Source: Acidobacteriota bacterium | GTDB lineage: Bacteria; Acidobacteriota; UBA6911 | Direction: 5' to 3' | Assembly (NCBI GenBank): GCA_013388445.1 | Contig: JACADW010000136.1 | Location: 1 to 47,288, forward strand | Length of the DNA: 47,288 nucleotides | Part shown: in pieces, positions 17,446-26,457 of the stretch | How the letters are laid out: each line of letters starts with the position of its first letter | How positions within the stretch are numbered: position 1 is the stretch's first letter | Notes under the pieces: generated by a model | Seen by the model: the letters and a program-made list of their open reading frames with translations, nothing else | Databases searched by the model: none | What the model was told of the DNA's origin: nothing | Translations under genes and position numbers: made by a program

Positions 17446-19299
17446 ATGCGAAAGCTTCCCGGCTCCGCTCTCATGCTCCTGTGCGGAGTTCTGCATGCGG
17501 AGGACGTGCAACTCGTATGGAATCCGAACACCGAGCCTGCCCTTGCAGGCTACAAGCTCTACCAGGGCACGGAGCCACGCAAATACACGACCAGCACCGA
17601 CGTCGGCAAGACCACCACCTTCAAGGTCACGGGACTGCAGCGCGGCATTCACTACTTTGCCGTCACAGCCTATGACTTCAGCCGCGTGGAGAGCGACTAC
17701 TCCAACGAGGTACGTGTCGCGATCGATCCGCCCGGCCAGCCATTCCCCGCGCCGGCGGTCCGCACCGTGGGGAATGCCGCCACGATAGCCTGGGAGACGG
17801 TCCGGCCCTCTGCCGTGCGCATCGACTACGGTCCGACGGTTGCCTACGGGAGTTCGGTCAGTTCCGGCTCCGTCTTCACCCTGAAGCACACGCTGGGATT
17901 GACCGGTCTTGCGCCTGCCACGACGTACCACTACCGGACCGTCTGCCGGGACGACGCCGGCAACGTCACCATCACCGGTGACATGGTCTTCACGACGCCG
18001 GCCGACGCCACAGCGCCGATTGCGGCCACCTTCTATTACCCGCGCACGGTCGGCCCGTCTGAAAACCGGATGTATACGGGTGTGGCTTTCGTCAATCTGG
18101 ACTCCGGCCCGGCCCTCTTGACCTTCAGGCCTTGGGCAGGGGCCGGAACCCTGAGCCCGGGCATCCGGATCCTCAATGCTGGCGAACAGATCGCCGTCCT
18201 GGATGTCGAGATCCTCGGCGAGAGCACGGCGGTCCAGGAATCTGCAGGTTGGGTGGAGGTGAATAGCACCACTGCGAGGATGTTCGGCTTCTTCATGAGT
18301 TTTGACCACGCGCTCAGTTCGCTCGAGGGCTCGACGCTTCTCCGTAGTCCTGTCACAGGCCTGCTTTTCCCTTCGCTCGTCGCCGAGCGTATGCCGCAGC
18401 TCATGCTGGCGAATCCGCGTGAAACGCCGGCCGGCGTGACGCTCGAATTCCTGGGCACGAACGGAACGGTCCTGAGATCGGTGTCTCTCGGCATCGGTGC
18501 GGCAGCAGCCGTCAGTGTGCCATCTCCCGTTGTATTCTCCCATGTCCGCGCCACTTCGGACACGCCGGTCGTGGGTTTCCAGGTTCTCGAGAGGCCCGGC
18601 GATTGGAAAGCCTTCCTGCCGGCTCAGAGCTTCGGATCGGGCGCAACCGTGCTCTGGGGGCTTCAGTATGTTCATGGGGACTTCTGGCATTCCCACGTCA
18701 CGCTCGTCAACACGGGTCCAACCGCTGACACTGTCTCTTTGCGATGGGTGGCGGATGACGGGACGCAAATCGGGCAGGCCCGGTCGCTCTCCATCCCGGC
18801 CAATGGCGGGGCCGTGGTCGCGGACCCCGGTGAATTCGGGGTGGGCGGAGACACAATCCGGCAAGGGTACATCGAGATCCGAAGTGCAGTCGCCCGCATT
18901 GCGGGAAGCGTGACCATCCACGATGAGGCCGCAGGACGATTCGCCACGGCCCTGCCGCTCATCTCCCAGCCGGCAAGCCTCCTTGTCGTACCGCACGTGG
19001 CAAGCGACGGGACTTACTTCACGGGTCTGGCCGTCGCGAACCCATCGGACGCCGACACCCGATTCACCGTCGAACTCCGAGGAGCCGACGGGAATCTCAG
19101 ATCGAGCGTGTCGGAAACCCTGGCTGCAAGAAAAAGGAAGGCGCGGCTGGTCACAGAATTGTTCCCGGAGCTGTCATCCCAGAGCGTGCTTTCGGGCTAT
19201 CTGCGGATCGTCGCAGACCGGCCCGTAGTGGCCTTCGCCGTTTTCGGCACACACGACCTTTCCCTCTTCTCCGCAATCCCCGCCCAGGCTGTGCAGTAG
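17446..19299 (+). CDS. Secreted modular protein: signal peptide + 2 Fn3-like domains + 4 copies of the same unnamed repeat
   Basis: 617 aa. Signal peptide MRKLPGSALMLLCGVLHA. The first Fn3 is a paralog of the dockerin protein's (VQLVWNPNTEPALAGYKLYQG...HYFAVTAYDFSRVESDYSNEV). The second is like the 906-aa protein's (IAWETVRPSAVRIDYGPTVAYG...YHYRTVCRDDAGNV). The C-terminal module runs from about nt 18013 and ends in FAVFGTHDLSLFSAIPAQAVQ. Confidence 0.85.
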   Translation: MRKLPGSALMLLCGVLHAEDVQLVWNPNTEPALAGYKLYQGTEPRKYTTSTDVGKTTTFKVTGLQRGIHYFAVTAYDFSRVESDYSNEVRVAIDPPGQPFPAPAVRTVGNAATIAWETVRPSAVRIDYGPTVAYGSSVSSGSVFTLKHTLGLTGLAPATTYHYRTVCRDDAGNVTITGDMVFTTPADATAPIAATFYYPRTVGPSENRMYTGVAFVNLDSGPALLTFRPWAGAGTLSPGIRILNAGEQIAVLDVEILGESTAVQESAGWVEVNSTTARMFGFFMSFDHALSSLEGSTLLRSPVTGLLFPSLVAERMPQLMLANPRETPAGVTLEFLGTNGTVLRSVSLGIGAAAAVSVPSPVVFSHVRATSDTPVVGFQVLERPGDWKAFLPAQSFGSGATVLWGLQYVHGDFWHSHVTLVNTGPTADTVSLRWVADDGTQIGQARSLSIPANGGAVVADPGEFGVGGDTIRQGYIEIRSAVARIAGSVTIHDEAAGRFATALPLISQPASLLVVPHVASDGTYFTGLAVANPSDADTRFTVELRGADGNLRSSVSETLAARKRKARLVTELFPELSSQSVLSGYLRIVADRPVVAFAVFGTHDLSLFSAIPAQAVQ

Positions 19300-19602
19300 C
19301 TTTTCTCCAGGCAGGAGGTCGCAGGGCCGGAGCGCCGGTCCCCGCTTCGCGAGGACAGGCCGGCGCACAATCTTCCCGGGGGTGTTGCCCTGAGGCTTCG
19401 AGTCCTGGAGTCTTGGAGGCGGCTTAAGTCCTGAGACCCCAAAGCCTCGAAGGCTCAAGGCGGTATTCGGAGAACAGAATACGACGCACAGGGATCGCGA
19501 TTTTCACCGCAAGGCGCCGGACGCCTCGAACCGCTCACAATCAAGGCTCCCCGCATCGCGGTGAGGTCACCGACCGTCTGCTGGGGGTCCTGACGAAAGA
19601 GG

Positions 19603-19689
19603 TGGTGCCGAAGGGGGGACTCGAACCCCCACGAGCTTAAGCCCACTAGACCCTGAACCTAGCGCGTCTGCCAGTTCCGCCACTTCGGC
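19603..19689 (-). tRNA. tRNA-Leu (anticodon CAG), type II with a long variable arm, CCA encoded
   Basis: The reverse complement reads GCCGAAGTGGCGGAACTGGCAGACGCGCTAGGTTCAGGGTCTAGTGGGCTTAAGCTCGTGGGGGTTCGAGTCCCCCCTTCGGCACCA. Acceptor stem GCCGAAG/CTTCGGC. Anticodon stem CTAGG/TCTAG with loop TTCAGGG. T-arm GGGGG-TTCGAGT-CCCCC. It is close to the E. coli tRNA-Leu(CAG) layout. Confidence 0.95.
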
Positions 19690-19997
19690 CTCTTGCGTGA
19701 GAGGTATGTTATGTGCGCCTGGTAGCCTTGTCAAGGCAACGGCCCCGATGCAACCGAGGTGAACCGGGAGGACAAGAGCCCAAACGGAAGTGAGGATTCA
19801 GAAGAAAGATCGGTGATGCGACTGGCAGGAGTTTGCTTCTCACTCTCGCTCGGGTTCTTTCTGCATCGCGGGTTGGCAAGCCGAACCGTGGATGCCAAGC
19901 CGGCTGTCGTACCTACGATATCAGGCGCCGTGGGGCCGCCCCGCTGCGCGGGATGATTGAAGCGCCACCGGCGCCCACTTTGCGGTCCGGCCCATGA

Positions 19998-21167
19998 CTA
20001 CCGCTGATCGAACGCCTCAGACAGACGGCACCACCGCCGAGGATCCTCTGATTCAAGGGCAGCCGGGTCCGCTCCCAGCTGTCTGGCCCGCGCCAGCGCC
20101 TCATCCGCCTTCTCCGTTTCTCCGCAAGCCTCGAGCGCCCCGCTGAGCAGATAGAGGACTCTCGGGCGGTTCGGCTGCAAAGCGTCGGCCTGTTCGAGCA
20201 GCGAGCGTGCCGCTTCCACGTTGCCCTGCAGGTAGCGCAGGATGGCCAGATTCAGCAAGACAGCCGGATCGGACCGCGAAAGTCTTTGGGCTTCGAGCAG
20301 GTGCTCTGCCGCCACGGCATAGTCGCCCCGGCGGAGCTCTGCGACGGCGAGATTATTCAGCGCGGCCGCCGATGGTCGCGCCGAGACTATGGATGCGAAC
20401 GATCGCGCCGCCTCGGCCGCCAGGTCCTTTTTCAGGTAGCACACCCCGAGCAGGAACTGGGATTCCAGATAGCGCGCGGGCCGCCTGCGCGCCGGCTCCA
20501 GGTATCGGATCGCGCTCTCGCAGTCTCCGGAATCGTAGTAGTAGCGTCCCAGCCGGAACTGCGCTTCGGAATAGCTTGGGTGGAGATTCACCGCCCGCCT
20601 GAGCGCGAGGACCTGGTCCTCTTCGTTCGTGCTCTCGAGGCTCGCGATGAGCGCGGCAAAGGCCGAATTCGGGACAGTCCGCGTTCTCTTCTTGAACGCC
20701 TCGCGCGATACGGGCGGGTCGAGCCCGGCGTTGCTGATCAGATTGAAGGCGAGCTCGTTTTCCATCTGAGAGAGAAAGGAGAGCGGACCGCTTGCAGATA
20801 CTGCTCCACCCTTGCGCATTGTCTTCAGGTCGAGCACCTGGAGCGTGATATTGATCCCTCCGGGTGTCCCGGAATAGGAACCGGTCACGACATAATCCAC
20901 CGCCGCCAGCTGGCCCACCCGGATCATGCTGGCCATGCTCAGCGGCAACCCCGGCGGCAAGTCGGCGTGCTCCAGAAGCTCCAGCCGCTCATCCCGGTCC
21001 AGAGCTTTGACACCCGGGACCTGTATCTGTTCGGAGACCGACAGGGCAATCCCTTCAGCCAGCCAGCCGAGCGCGGCCGTGGCTTGATTCTCGGGAGGGA
21101 AAATCAGGAAATTCACGTCCGCGGCCTGCGCCGCGGACAAGCAGAGAAACCAAAAGACGAATCCCAC
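19998..21167 (-). CDS. Secreted TPR-repeat protein
   Basis: 389 aa with a GTG start. Signal peptide MGFVFWFLCLSAAQA. The C-terminal half has TPR-like repeats (AQFRLGRYYYDSGDCESAIRYLEPA..., ESQFLLGVCYLKKDLAAEAARSFASI..., LNNLAVAELRRGDYAVAAEHLLEA..., LLNLAILRYLQGNVEAARSLLEQA...). It is the last gene of the ABC operon, with a 1-nt overlap. Confidence 0.75.
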   Translation of the reverse strand: MGFVFWFLCLSAAQAADVNFLIFPPENQATAALGWLAEGIALSVSEQIQVPGVKALDRDERLELLEHADLPPGLPLSMASMIRVGQLAAVDYVVTGSYSGTPGGINITLQVLDLKTMRKGGAVSASGPLSFLSQMENELAFNLISNAGLDPPVSREAFKKRTRTVPNSAFAALIASLESTNEEDQVLALRRAVNLHPSYSEAQFRLGRYYYDSGDCESAIRYLEPARRRPARYLESQFLLGVCYLKKDLAAEAARSFASIVSARPSAAALNNLAVAELRRGDYAVAAEHLLEAQRLSRSDPAVLLNLAILRYLQGNVEAARSLLEQADALQPNRPRVLYLLSGALEACGETEKADEALARARQLGADPAALESEDPRRWCRLSEAFDQR

Positions 21168-21961
21168 TACTGCTCCAGCACGTATTCCTTCTCGCGAAGA
21201 ATCAGGCTGGCGCTGGCCAGGAAAAACGCGGCCATCAACACCAGCGTGATCACCGACTCAAGCGCCGGTGTCCGCTCGCCGATCATCATCGCGATCGCAC
21301 TCGCCGTATCCGCATGCGGTGAAATCGACTGCACATAATGGGTGACCGTCAGCTTGCGCGTGAAACCGGGCAGGTAGGAGATGATCCCTTCCCACCCGAA
21401 CGCATAGATCAATCCGACCAGGATCGGATGCTTCAGCCACGCTCCGAGCAGGCTGAAGAATGCCCCGTAAACCAGCATCGCAAGGAATACGATGCCGACA
21501 TCCTTGCCCAGCGTGCCGACGTCCCGCATAAGCCTGGTCGTATCCGGACCGAGATAGAGTACCAGATAGCTGACCAGGATGGTCGGGATAACGAGCATCG
21601 AGCTGATCCAGACCAGGGCCAGGTACTTGCCGATCATGATCGCCGGCTTGGGGACCGGCCTCGTGAACAGATAAGTAATGGTCCTGCCCTCGAGTTCCTC
21701 CGAAATGAGCGCGGTCCCGTAGAAGAGAGTCACGAACGTCACGAGAAAATGGATCACGGCCGTCGCCATGAGAGTCCCGAACACCTGCTCGGGCGTGAAC
21801 GGCACGCGGATCCAACTGAAGCTCAGGATCAGGCGGCCGAGGACCGCGAGCCCGACGATCACAAGCGAGACGGCTGCAATGAATAGGGTCTTCTTGCTCC
21901 AGAAAAGGGTATCCAGAGTCAACAACCCGATCGTCTTGACCGGCTTGACCAAATTTCTCAT
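21167..21961 (-). CDS. ABC-2 type transporter permease
   Basis: I trimmed the track ORF (to 22180) to the ATG at 21961-21959, which overlaps the ATPase stop as ATGA. The product is MRNLVKPVKTIGLLTLDTLFWSKKTLF...GTALISEELEGRTITYLFTRPVPKPAIMIGKYL, with six hydrophobic helices. It is NosY/ABC-2-like. Confidence 0.8.
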   Translation of the reverse strand: MRNLVKPVKTIGLLTLDTLFWSKKTLFIAAVSLVIVGLAVLGRLILSFSWIRVPFTPEQVFGTLMATAVIHFLVTFVTLFYGTALISEELEGRTITYLFTRPVPKPAIMIGKYLALVWISSMLVIPTILVSYLVLYLGPDTTRLMRDVGTLGKDVGIVFLAMLVYGAFFSLLGAWLKHPILVGLIYAFGWEGIISYLPGFTRKLTVTHYVQSISPHADTASAIAMMIGERTPALESVITLVLMAAFFLASASLILREKEYVLEQ

Positions 21962-22881
21962 TTGACCAGGTAATGGAAAACGGCCTGAAGGTTGTCGTCC
22001 GGCGAGGTCAGCTCGTCGAGGTCGATCCCACGGCTCAGAAGCAGCCCGGGCAGCCGATCGTAGAATGCGTCGGGCTGACGTGACTCGACCGTGAGGGCGT
22101 TTCCCTCCGGATGAAAACGGACACCGACCACATCCGAAAATCCCACAAGCGCCTCCGCCAGGCGCCGCGGGTCGGAACACCGGATGTGGACATTATGCGG
22201 GTGTTTGTCGATCAGTTCGCGGATCTGATGGACATCGCCTTCCGCGAGGACCCGGCCATTGTGCATCAGGAGGATGTTGCCGGTCATGGCCTCGATTTCG
22301 TGCAGGATGTGGCTCGAGACCACGACGCACTTCCCTTCGCGTCCCCAATCGCGCACCAGCTGTATTGCCTCGTGACGGCCGACAGGGTCCATGCCGGCCA
22401 GCGGTTCGTCCAGGATGATCACTTCGGGATCGTGGGCAACGGTCTGGGCCATCTTGATGCGCTGGCGCATCCCCTTGGAATAGGCCGCGATCTTCTTGTC
22501 GCGGTCCGCGGTGAGACGGACACGCTCGAGAGCCGCATCGGTTCGCCGGGATACTTCCTCTTCAGAATAGCCGTTCAGCCTCAGAAGCGACGAGACAAAC
22601 TCGGCGCCGCTCATGCGCTCATAGAAGGAATCCTGCTCGGGGCAGAATCCCATTCTCGCGAACAGCGGGTAGTTGTTCCAGATCCTCTGCCCGAAGACCG
22701 TTATCTCTCCCTGGCTCGGGCGCAGCTGGCCCATGATCATCTTCATCAGGGTCGATTTCCCGGCCCCGTTCGGCCCGAGGAGGCCAGTCACGCCGGCATC
22801 GACGGAAAACGAGACGCCGTTGACGGCAATCACCTGCCCGTACCACTTCGAAAGGTTGCGGGCTTCAAGGACGGCGCTCAC
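21958..22881 (-). CDS. ABC transporter ATP-binding protein
   Basis: Walker A GPNGAGKST, signature YSKGMRQRI, Walker B VIILDEPLAGMD, H-loop SSHIL. 307 aa. Confidence 0.95.
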   Translation of the reverse strand: MSAVLEARNLSKWYGQVIAVNGVSFSVDAGVTGLLGPNGAGKSTLMKMIMGQLRPSQGEITVFGQRIWNNYPLFARMGFCPEQDSFYERMSGAEFVSSLLRLNGYSEEEVSRRTDAALERVRLTADRDKKIAAYSKGMRQRIKMAQTVAHDPEVIILDEPLAGMDPVGRHEAIQLVRDWGREGKCVVVSSHILHEIEAMTGNILLMHNGRVLAEGDVHQIRELIDKHPHNVHIRCSDPRRLAEALVGFSDVVGVRFHPEGNALTVESRQPDAFYDRLPGLLLSRGIDLDELTSPDDNLQAVFHYLVK

Positions 22882-23720
22882 CTAACCACCTCCACGGCCT
22901 GCACGCGGTTGTGGACGACCCAGGCGCCCCCGCCGATGATCACGAGTACCACCACGACCGATATCCACACCGGGGACGGGTATCTCGGGTCGATGCGGAA
23001 TATCGTGTCGCCGAGCTGCTCGATGTTGTTTCCGAGAGAAACCCACGCCACGCGCCTCGAGCGCAGGATCCCGCTCAGGATGCCGTAAAGGATCTGGCTG
23101 AAGAAGAAGACGGCCGCAAAGTTGATCCCGGCGAAGCGGCTGCTGCGCGTGAGCGAGGAGAGCGTCAGGATGACGAGTGCGAAGGTGAGGACCATGACCA
23201 GAGAATAGGCCGTCACGGATACCGGCACCCAGTAGTGTTCCCGCAGAAAGGCCGTATCGGGCGCAAAGAGCACCGCGAGCAGGAACAGGATCAACCCGGG
23301 GACGAGCGTCGGCAGCGAGAGAAACCAGACAAGGACGCCCAGCTTCCCGATCACGTAATCGCGGCGCGTAATCGGTTTCGAGAAGTAGATCTGCAGAGCG
23401 TTGGCCCGGAGGTCGTTCGAGATCAGCCCGGCACCGGCATAGATCGCGATGAAAAACGCGAAGAACATCTGCTGGCTGATGAAGTCCTCGAAGAACCTCG
23501 CGTTGATCTTCAGAAAAGGCGCGCTCGCCCCGACGACCGTCGCGAAGTAGATCATCGCGCCGCGCACGACAAAGGGGATCGCCGAGAGGATCATCAGAAC
23601 AAGGAACCGGCGCCTCTTCATGAGCAGCTGGATTCCCTGCCGCGTGATCACCCACCACCGGTACGGGTGCGACGTCCATTCGCCCTTCCAATGGCGGTAG
23701 CCGAGGTCATGAATCGGCAT
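22878..23720 (-). CDS. ABC-2 family membrane protein (permease partner)
   Basis: 280 aa. N-terminus MPIHDLGYRHWKGEWTSHPYRWWVITRQGIQLLMKRRRFL, followed by six hydrophobic helices. The start and stop overlap both neighbouring ATPase genes. Confidence 0.75.
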   Translation of the reverse strand: MPIHDLGYRHWKGEWTSHPYRWWVITRQGIQLLMKRRRFLVLMILSAIPFVVRGAMIYFATVVGASAPFLKINARFFEDFISQQMFFAFFIAIYAGAGLISNDLRANALQIYFSKPITRRDYVIGKLGVLVWFLSLPTLVPGLILFLLAVLFAPDTAFLREHYWVPVSVTAYSLVMVLTFALVILTLSSLTRSSRFAGINFAAVFFFSQILYGILSGILRSRRVAWVSLGNNIEQLGDTIFRIDPRYPSPVWISVVVVLVIIGGGAWVVHNRVQAVEVVR

Positions 23721-24630
23721 GCGACTCTCCTATCACCTGGAGGAACACATCCTCTAGCGACTGGCGCAGCGGCACGAGGTGCCGGATCTGGACGCGGCCA
23801 TCGCGTGCCGCCTCGAGGAGCGTCCGGCTGTCCAGGCCGCCGGCCATCCGAATGCGGAGGACGCCGTCTTCGTTGCGTGTGCAGCGGCAGCCCAGCGCCT
23901 CGAGCTTATCCGCGAAGCCGCTTCCGTCTCCCTTGAGCCGCACTTCATAGACCGCGCCCGACCCCCGCTTCAGGTCCTCAATATTGCCGCTGGCCAGCAT
24001 CCGGCCTTTGTGGATCACCATCGCCTCGCGGCAGACCCATTCGACATCGGGCAGCAGGTGCGAGGAGAGGACCACGTGAATCCCCTTGGTGCTGGAGATG
24101 TCGCGGATGAGCTCGAGCATCTCCATGCGCCCTTTGGGATCCAGGCCGTTCGTGGGTTCATCCAGGAAGACCAGCTCGGGGTCGTGCACCAGCGCCTGCG
24201 CCAGTTTGATGCGTTGCTTCATGCCGGCCGAGTACGTCTCGACGTTGCGGTACCGGGCCTCGCCAAGGCCCACATAGAAGAGCGTTTCGTGCGCCCGCCG
24301 CAGCGCGTCTTTCGGCTTCATGCCCGAGAGCTGTCCGGCGTAGGCGACATAGCTGACGGCGTTCATGCCCGGGATATGGCAGTCGTTCTCGGGCATGTAG
24401 CCGATCTTCTGCCGGATGCCCAGTTGCTCCTTGCGGATATCGCAGCCCAGGACCCGCCCGGTGCCGCTTTCAGGTTCGATGAACCCAAGAAGTGTATTCA
24501 GCAGCGTCGTCTTGCCGGCGCCGTTGGGGCCGAGCAGGCCCGCGGAGCCTCCCGAGAAACGGACGTTCACACTGTCGAGGATCTTTTGCGTCCCGAAACG
24601 GACATTGATGTTATCGAGTTCTATGATCAA
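23707..24630 (-). CDS. ABC transporter ATP-binding protein
   Basis: Walker A GPNGAGKTT, signature YSAGMKQRI, Walker B LVFLDEPTNGLD, H-loop SSHLL. The track start at 24678 is a TTG. I prefer the in-frame TTG at 24630, which gives MIIELDNINVRFG, a typical ABC N-terminus. The start remains uncertain. Confidence 0.9.
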   Translation of the reverse strand: MIIELDNINVRFGTQKILDSVNVRFSGGSAGLLGPNGAGKTTLLNTLLGFIEPESGTGRVLGCDIRKEQLGIRQKIGYMPENDCHIPGMNAVSYVAYAGQLSGMKPKDALRRAHETLFYVGLGEARYRNVETYSAGMKQRIKLAQALVHDPELVFLDEPTNGLDPKGRMEMLELIRDISSTKGIHVVLSSHLLPDVEWVCREAMVIHKGRMLASGNIEDLKRGSGAVYEVRLKGDGSGFADKLEALGCRCTRNEDGVLRIRMAGGLDSRTLLEAARDGRVQIRHLVPLRQSLEDVFLQVIGESHADS

Positions 24631-24913
24631 GAGGCAGCTCTCGGCGTGTATTACGAAGGGGAACGGGGAGAAGTTCAAGCGGAAAAAGCAGGATGCAGCA
24701 TTACGAAGAGTCGCTCATCGGTGCGGCATGCACCCAAGCGCCCGGCAACCGCTCAATTGTTTGATTCTTAGAGTCCTGCAGTCTTTGAGAGAATCTCGAA
24801 GGCGCCGGGCCCCCAGGAGTCAAAGAAGTAATTCCGAGGCAGAACGCGGGCGGGGCACACGGTCGCTGGAAATGGGGCTTGTTTGAGCTGGGGGTGGGGC
24901 TTACAATCGAATC

Positions 24914-25243
24914 ATGAAAGCCGCTGCCATATTCCTTACATTGCTCCTCGCTACGGCCGTATTCTCCGTAGAAGGAGATACTTACAGGCTTCTGTCCGTT
25001 TCAACATCGGCCAAGCTCGTCCTGGTTTCACAGCCCGGAACAAAGACCAAGTTGCTGCTCGACGCTTCGGCCGCGAAGATCACTGTCGACGGGAAGCCCG
25101 CTGAGTTCAAGAACCTCAGCGATTACTCCACGATCCACGTCCGACTCACCCAGAAGAAGTTCAATAAGGAAGGAGTCGCTATCGACGGCACCGCCACCGA
25201 GATACGCATCCTGACGCCCGAAAACGTACCAGCTGAGAAATAG
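24914..25243 (+). CDS. Small secreted hypothetical protein
   Basis: 109 aa. Signal peptide MKAAAIFLTLLLATAVFSVEG. Codon third positions look coding. I recognise no family. Confidence 0.5.
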   Translation: MKAAAIFLTLLLATAVFSVEGDTYRLLSVSTSAKLVLVSQPGTKTKLLLDASAAKITVDGKPAEFKNLSDYSTIHVRLTQKKFNKEGVAIDGTATEIRILTPENVPAEK

Positions 25244-25296
25244 ACACTTGCAAGCCCCTCAATCATCGAATCGCGGCAACGAGACATTTTCCTCCG

Positions 25297-26346
25297 ATGG
25301 GTCCCTCCTTTAAGAAGTACGCCGACAACTGGGAAACCGAGAGATACGAACTCCTGAACACTCGCGTCTGCGACCTGCAGTTCAACTTCCAGGGAACGCT
25401 GTTGAGCCGCTGCCTGCAGAAGCTCTTCTCCGAGCTTGCGGCCAAGAAGATCCAGTTCCGTCCCCAGTATTTCTTTACCTGCGGGGGAGACGAGTGGGGC
25501 TGCCCGGACCGGGTTCCCATCATCGGCATTCCCTTCCACCTCGCCGACAACCGCCTGACGCGTATCGAGCGCGAGATGGGCTATACCTCCTACGACAAGC
25601 GCGACCTCATGATTCTGCTCCGGCACGAAACCGGGCATGCGGTCAACTATGCGTATACGCTCTACAAGACAGCGGAGTGGGAGGAGATTTTTGGCGATTT
25701 TCAGAAGGTTTACCCAACAAACTTCAGGTTTAAGTTTAACCCTTACAGCCGCAACTATGTGCAGAGTCAGGGCGATCCGAAATACTACGCACAGGCTCAT
25801 CCGGACGAGGACTTCGCGGAGACCTTCGCCGTGTGGCTCACACCGCGGTCGAACTGGCGCAGGCGCTACGAGAACTGGCCGGCGCTCCGCAAACTGGAGT
25901 ACATCGACCGGACCATGCGGCGCCTGAGGCACCGCAAACCGCAGGTCCACGCGGGGCCGCTGGATTCGGCCTACCATACGCGGACCTACAGGCTGATCGA
26001 GTACTACGGAGAGAATATCGACGACTTCAAGGACAACGCCCTAGGGATCTACGATGACGAGCTCAAACGGATATTCCCCGTCATGGCTGAGGGAGTGGAC
26101 CGGCGGATTCTGGCAAAAGACCTGATCCGGAAGAACCGGCGGTTCCTGATCCGGACGATCGCCGACTGGACCGGAGCCCGCGACAAGGTTGTGGCGCCGG
26201 TGATCATCAAATTCTTCCGGCGCTCGCGCGACCTGGGACTCTACCTGCCCGAGGAGGAGGAAAGCTACCGCCTGGCCTCGCTCACGGCGCTCGGAACCGC
26301 CGTCGTGATGAACTATCTCCACACGGGACGCTACATCCCCGATTAG
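25297..26346 (+). CDS. Putative zinc metallopeptidase-like protein (HExxH)
   Basis: 349 aa with LLRHETGHAVNYAY (HExxH) and a downstream DEDFAETFAVW. It resembles the putative zinc-binding metallopeptidase family of bacteria. This is from memory, not searched. Confidence 0.65.
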   Translation: MGPSFKKYADNWETERYELLNTRVCDLQFNFQGTLLSRCLQKLFSELAAKKIQFRPQYFFTCGGDEWGCPDRVPIIGIPFHLADNRLTRIEREMGYTSYDKRDLMILLRHETGHAVNYAYTLYKTAEWEEIFGDFQKVYPTNFRFKFNPYSRNYVQSQGDPKYYAQAHPDEDFAETFAVWLTPRSNWRRRYENWPALRKLEYIDRTMRRLRHRKPQVHAGPLDSAYHTRTYRLIEYYGENIDDFKDNALGIYDDELKRIFPVMAEGVDRRILAKDLIRKNRRFLIRTIADWTGARDKVVAPVIIKFFRRSRDLGLYLPEEEESYRLASLTALGTAVVMNYLHTGRYIPD

Positions 26347-26409
26347 GGTGCGGATCTTGCTCTCAGAAACCTCCGGCAGCCGGACATTCCATCTGTTCCT
26401 CTTCGCGCC

Positions 26410-26457
26410 TTAGAGTCTTCAAGTCTTGGAGCTCCAAACCCCAAGACCCGAAGTCTC
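26410..26457. repeat. Dispersed intergenic repeat (TTAGAGTCTTCAAGTCTTGGAG ... AAGACCCGAAGTCTC) downstream of nuoN
   Basis: AAGACCCGAAGTCTC (26443-26457) recurs as an exact reverse complement at 29360-29374. TTAGAGTC-T----AGTCTT-GAG recurs at 24768-24791 and, in a looser form, at 19399-19419. Confidence 0.75.

Noticed and set aside
17422-18996. Very long alternative-frame or antisense ORFs in the track. Examples: 17422-18996 minus (524 aa), 26343-28229 minus (628 aa), 36070-37512 minus (480 aa), 39133-40530 plus (465 aa), 8451-9608 plus (385 aa) and 22911-23936 plus (341 aa).
   Set aside because: Each lies entirely over a gene with strong, recognisable family motifs in another frame. Their products are Arg/Pro/Gly/His-rich low-complexity strings, typical of shadow ORFs in high-GC DNA.
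16990-19299. PEP-CTERM or another C-terminal sorting signal on the large secreted proteins, given the EPS context.
   Set aside because: The C-termini end in ...SAIPAQPAP and ...SAIPAQAVQ. They have no PEP motif, no trailing hydrophobic helix and no basic tail. I saw no LPXTG and no T9SS-like beta-strand domain.
12342-19689. Genomic island integrated at tRNA-Leu that carries the secreted-protein cluster.
   Set aside because: There is no integrase, no visible direct repeat of the tRNA 3-prime end, and no obvious compositional break by eye. The tRNA is also on the opposite side of a 300-nt spacer. This remains untested rather than disproven.
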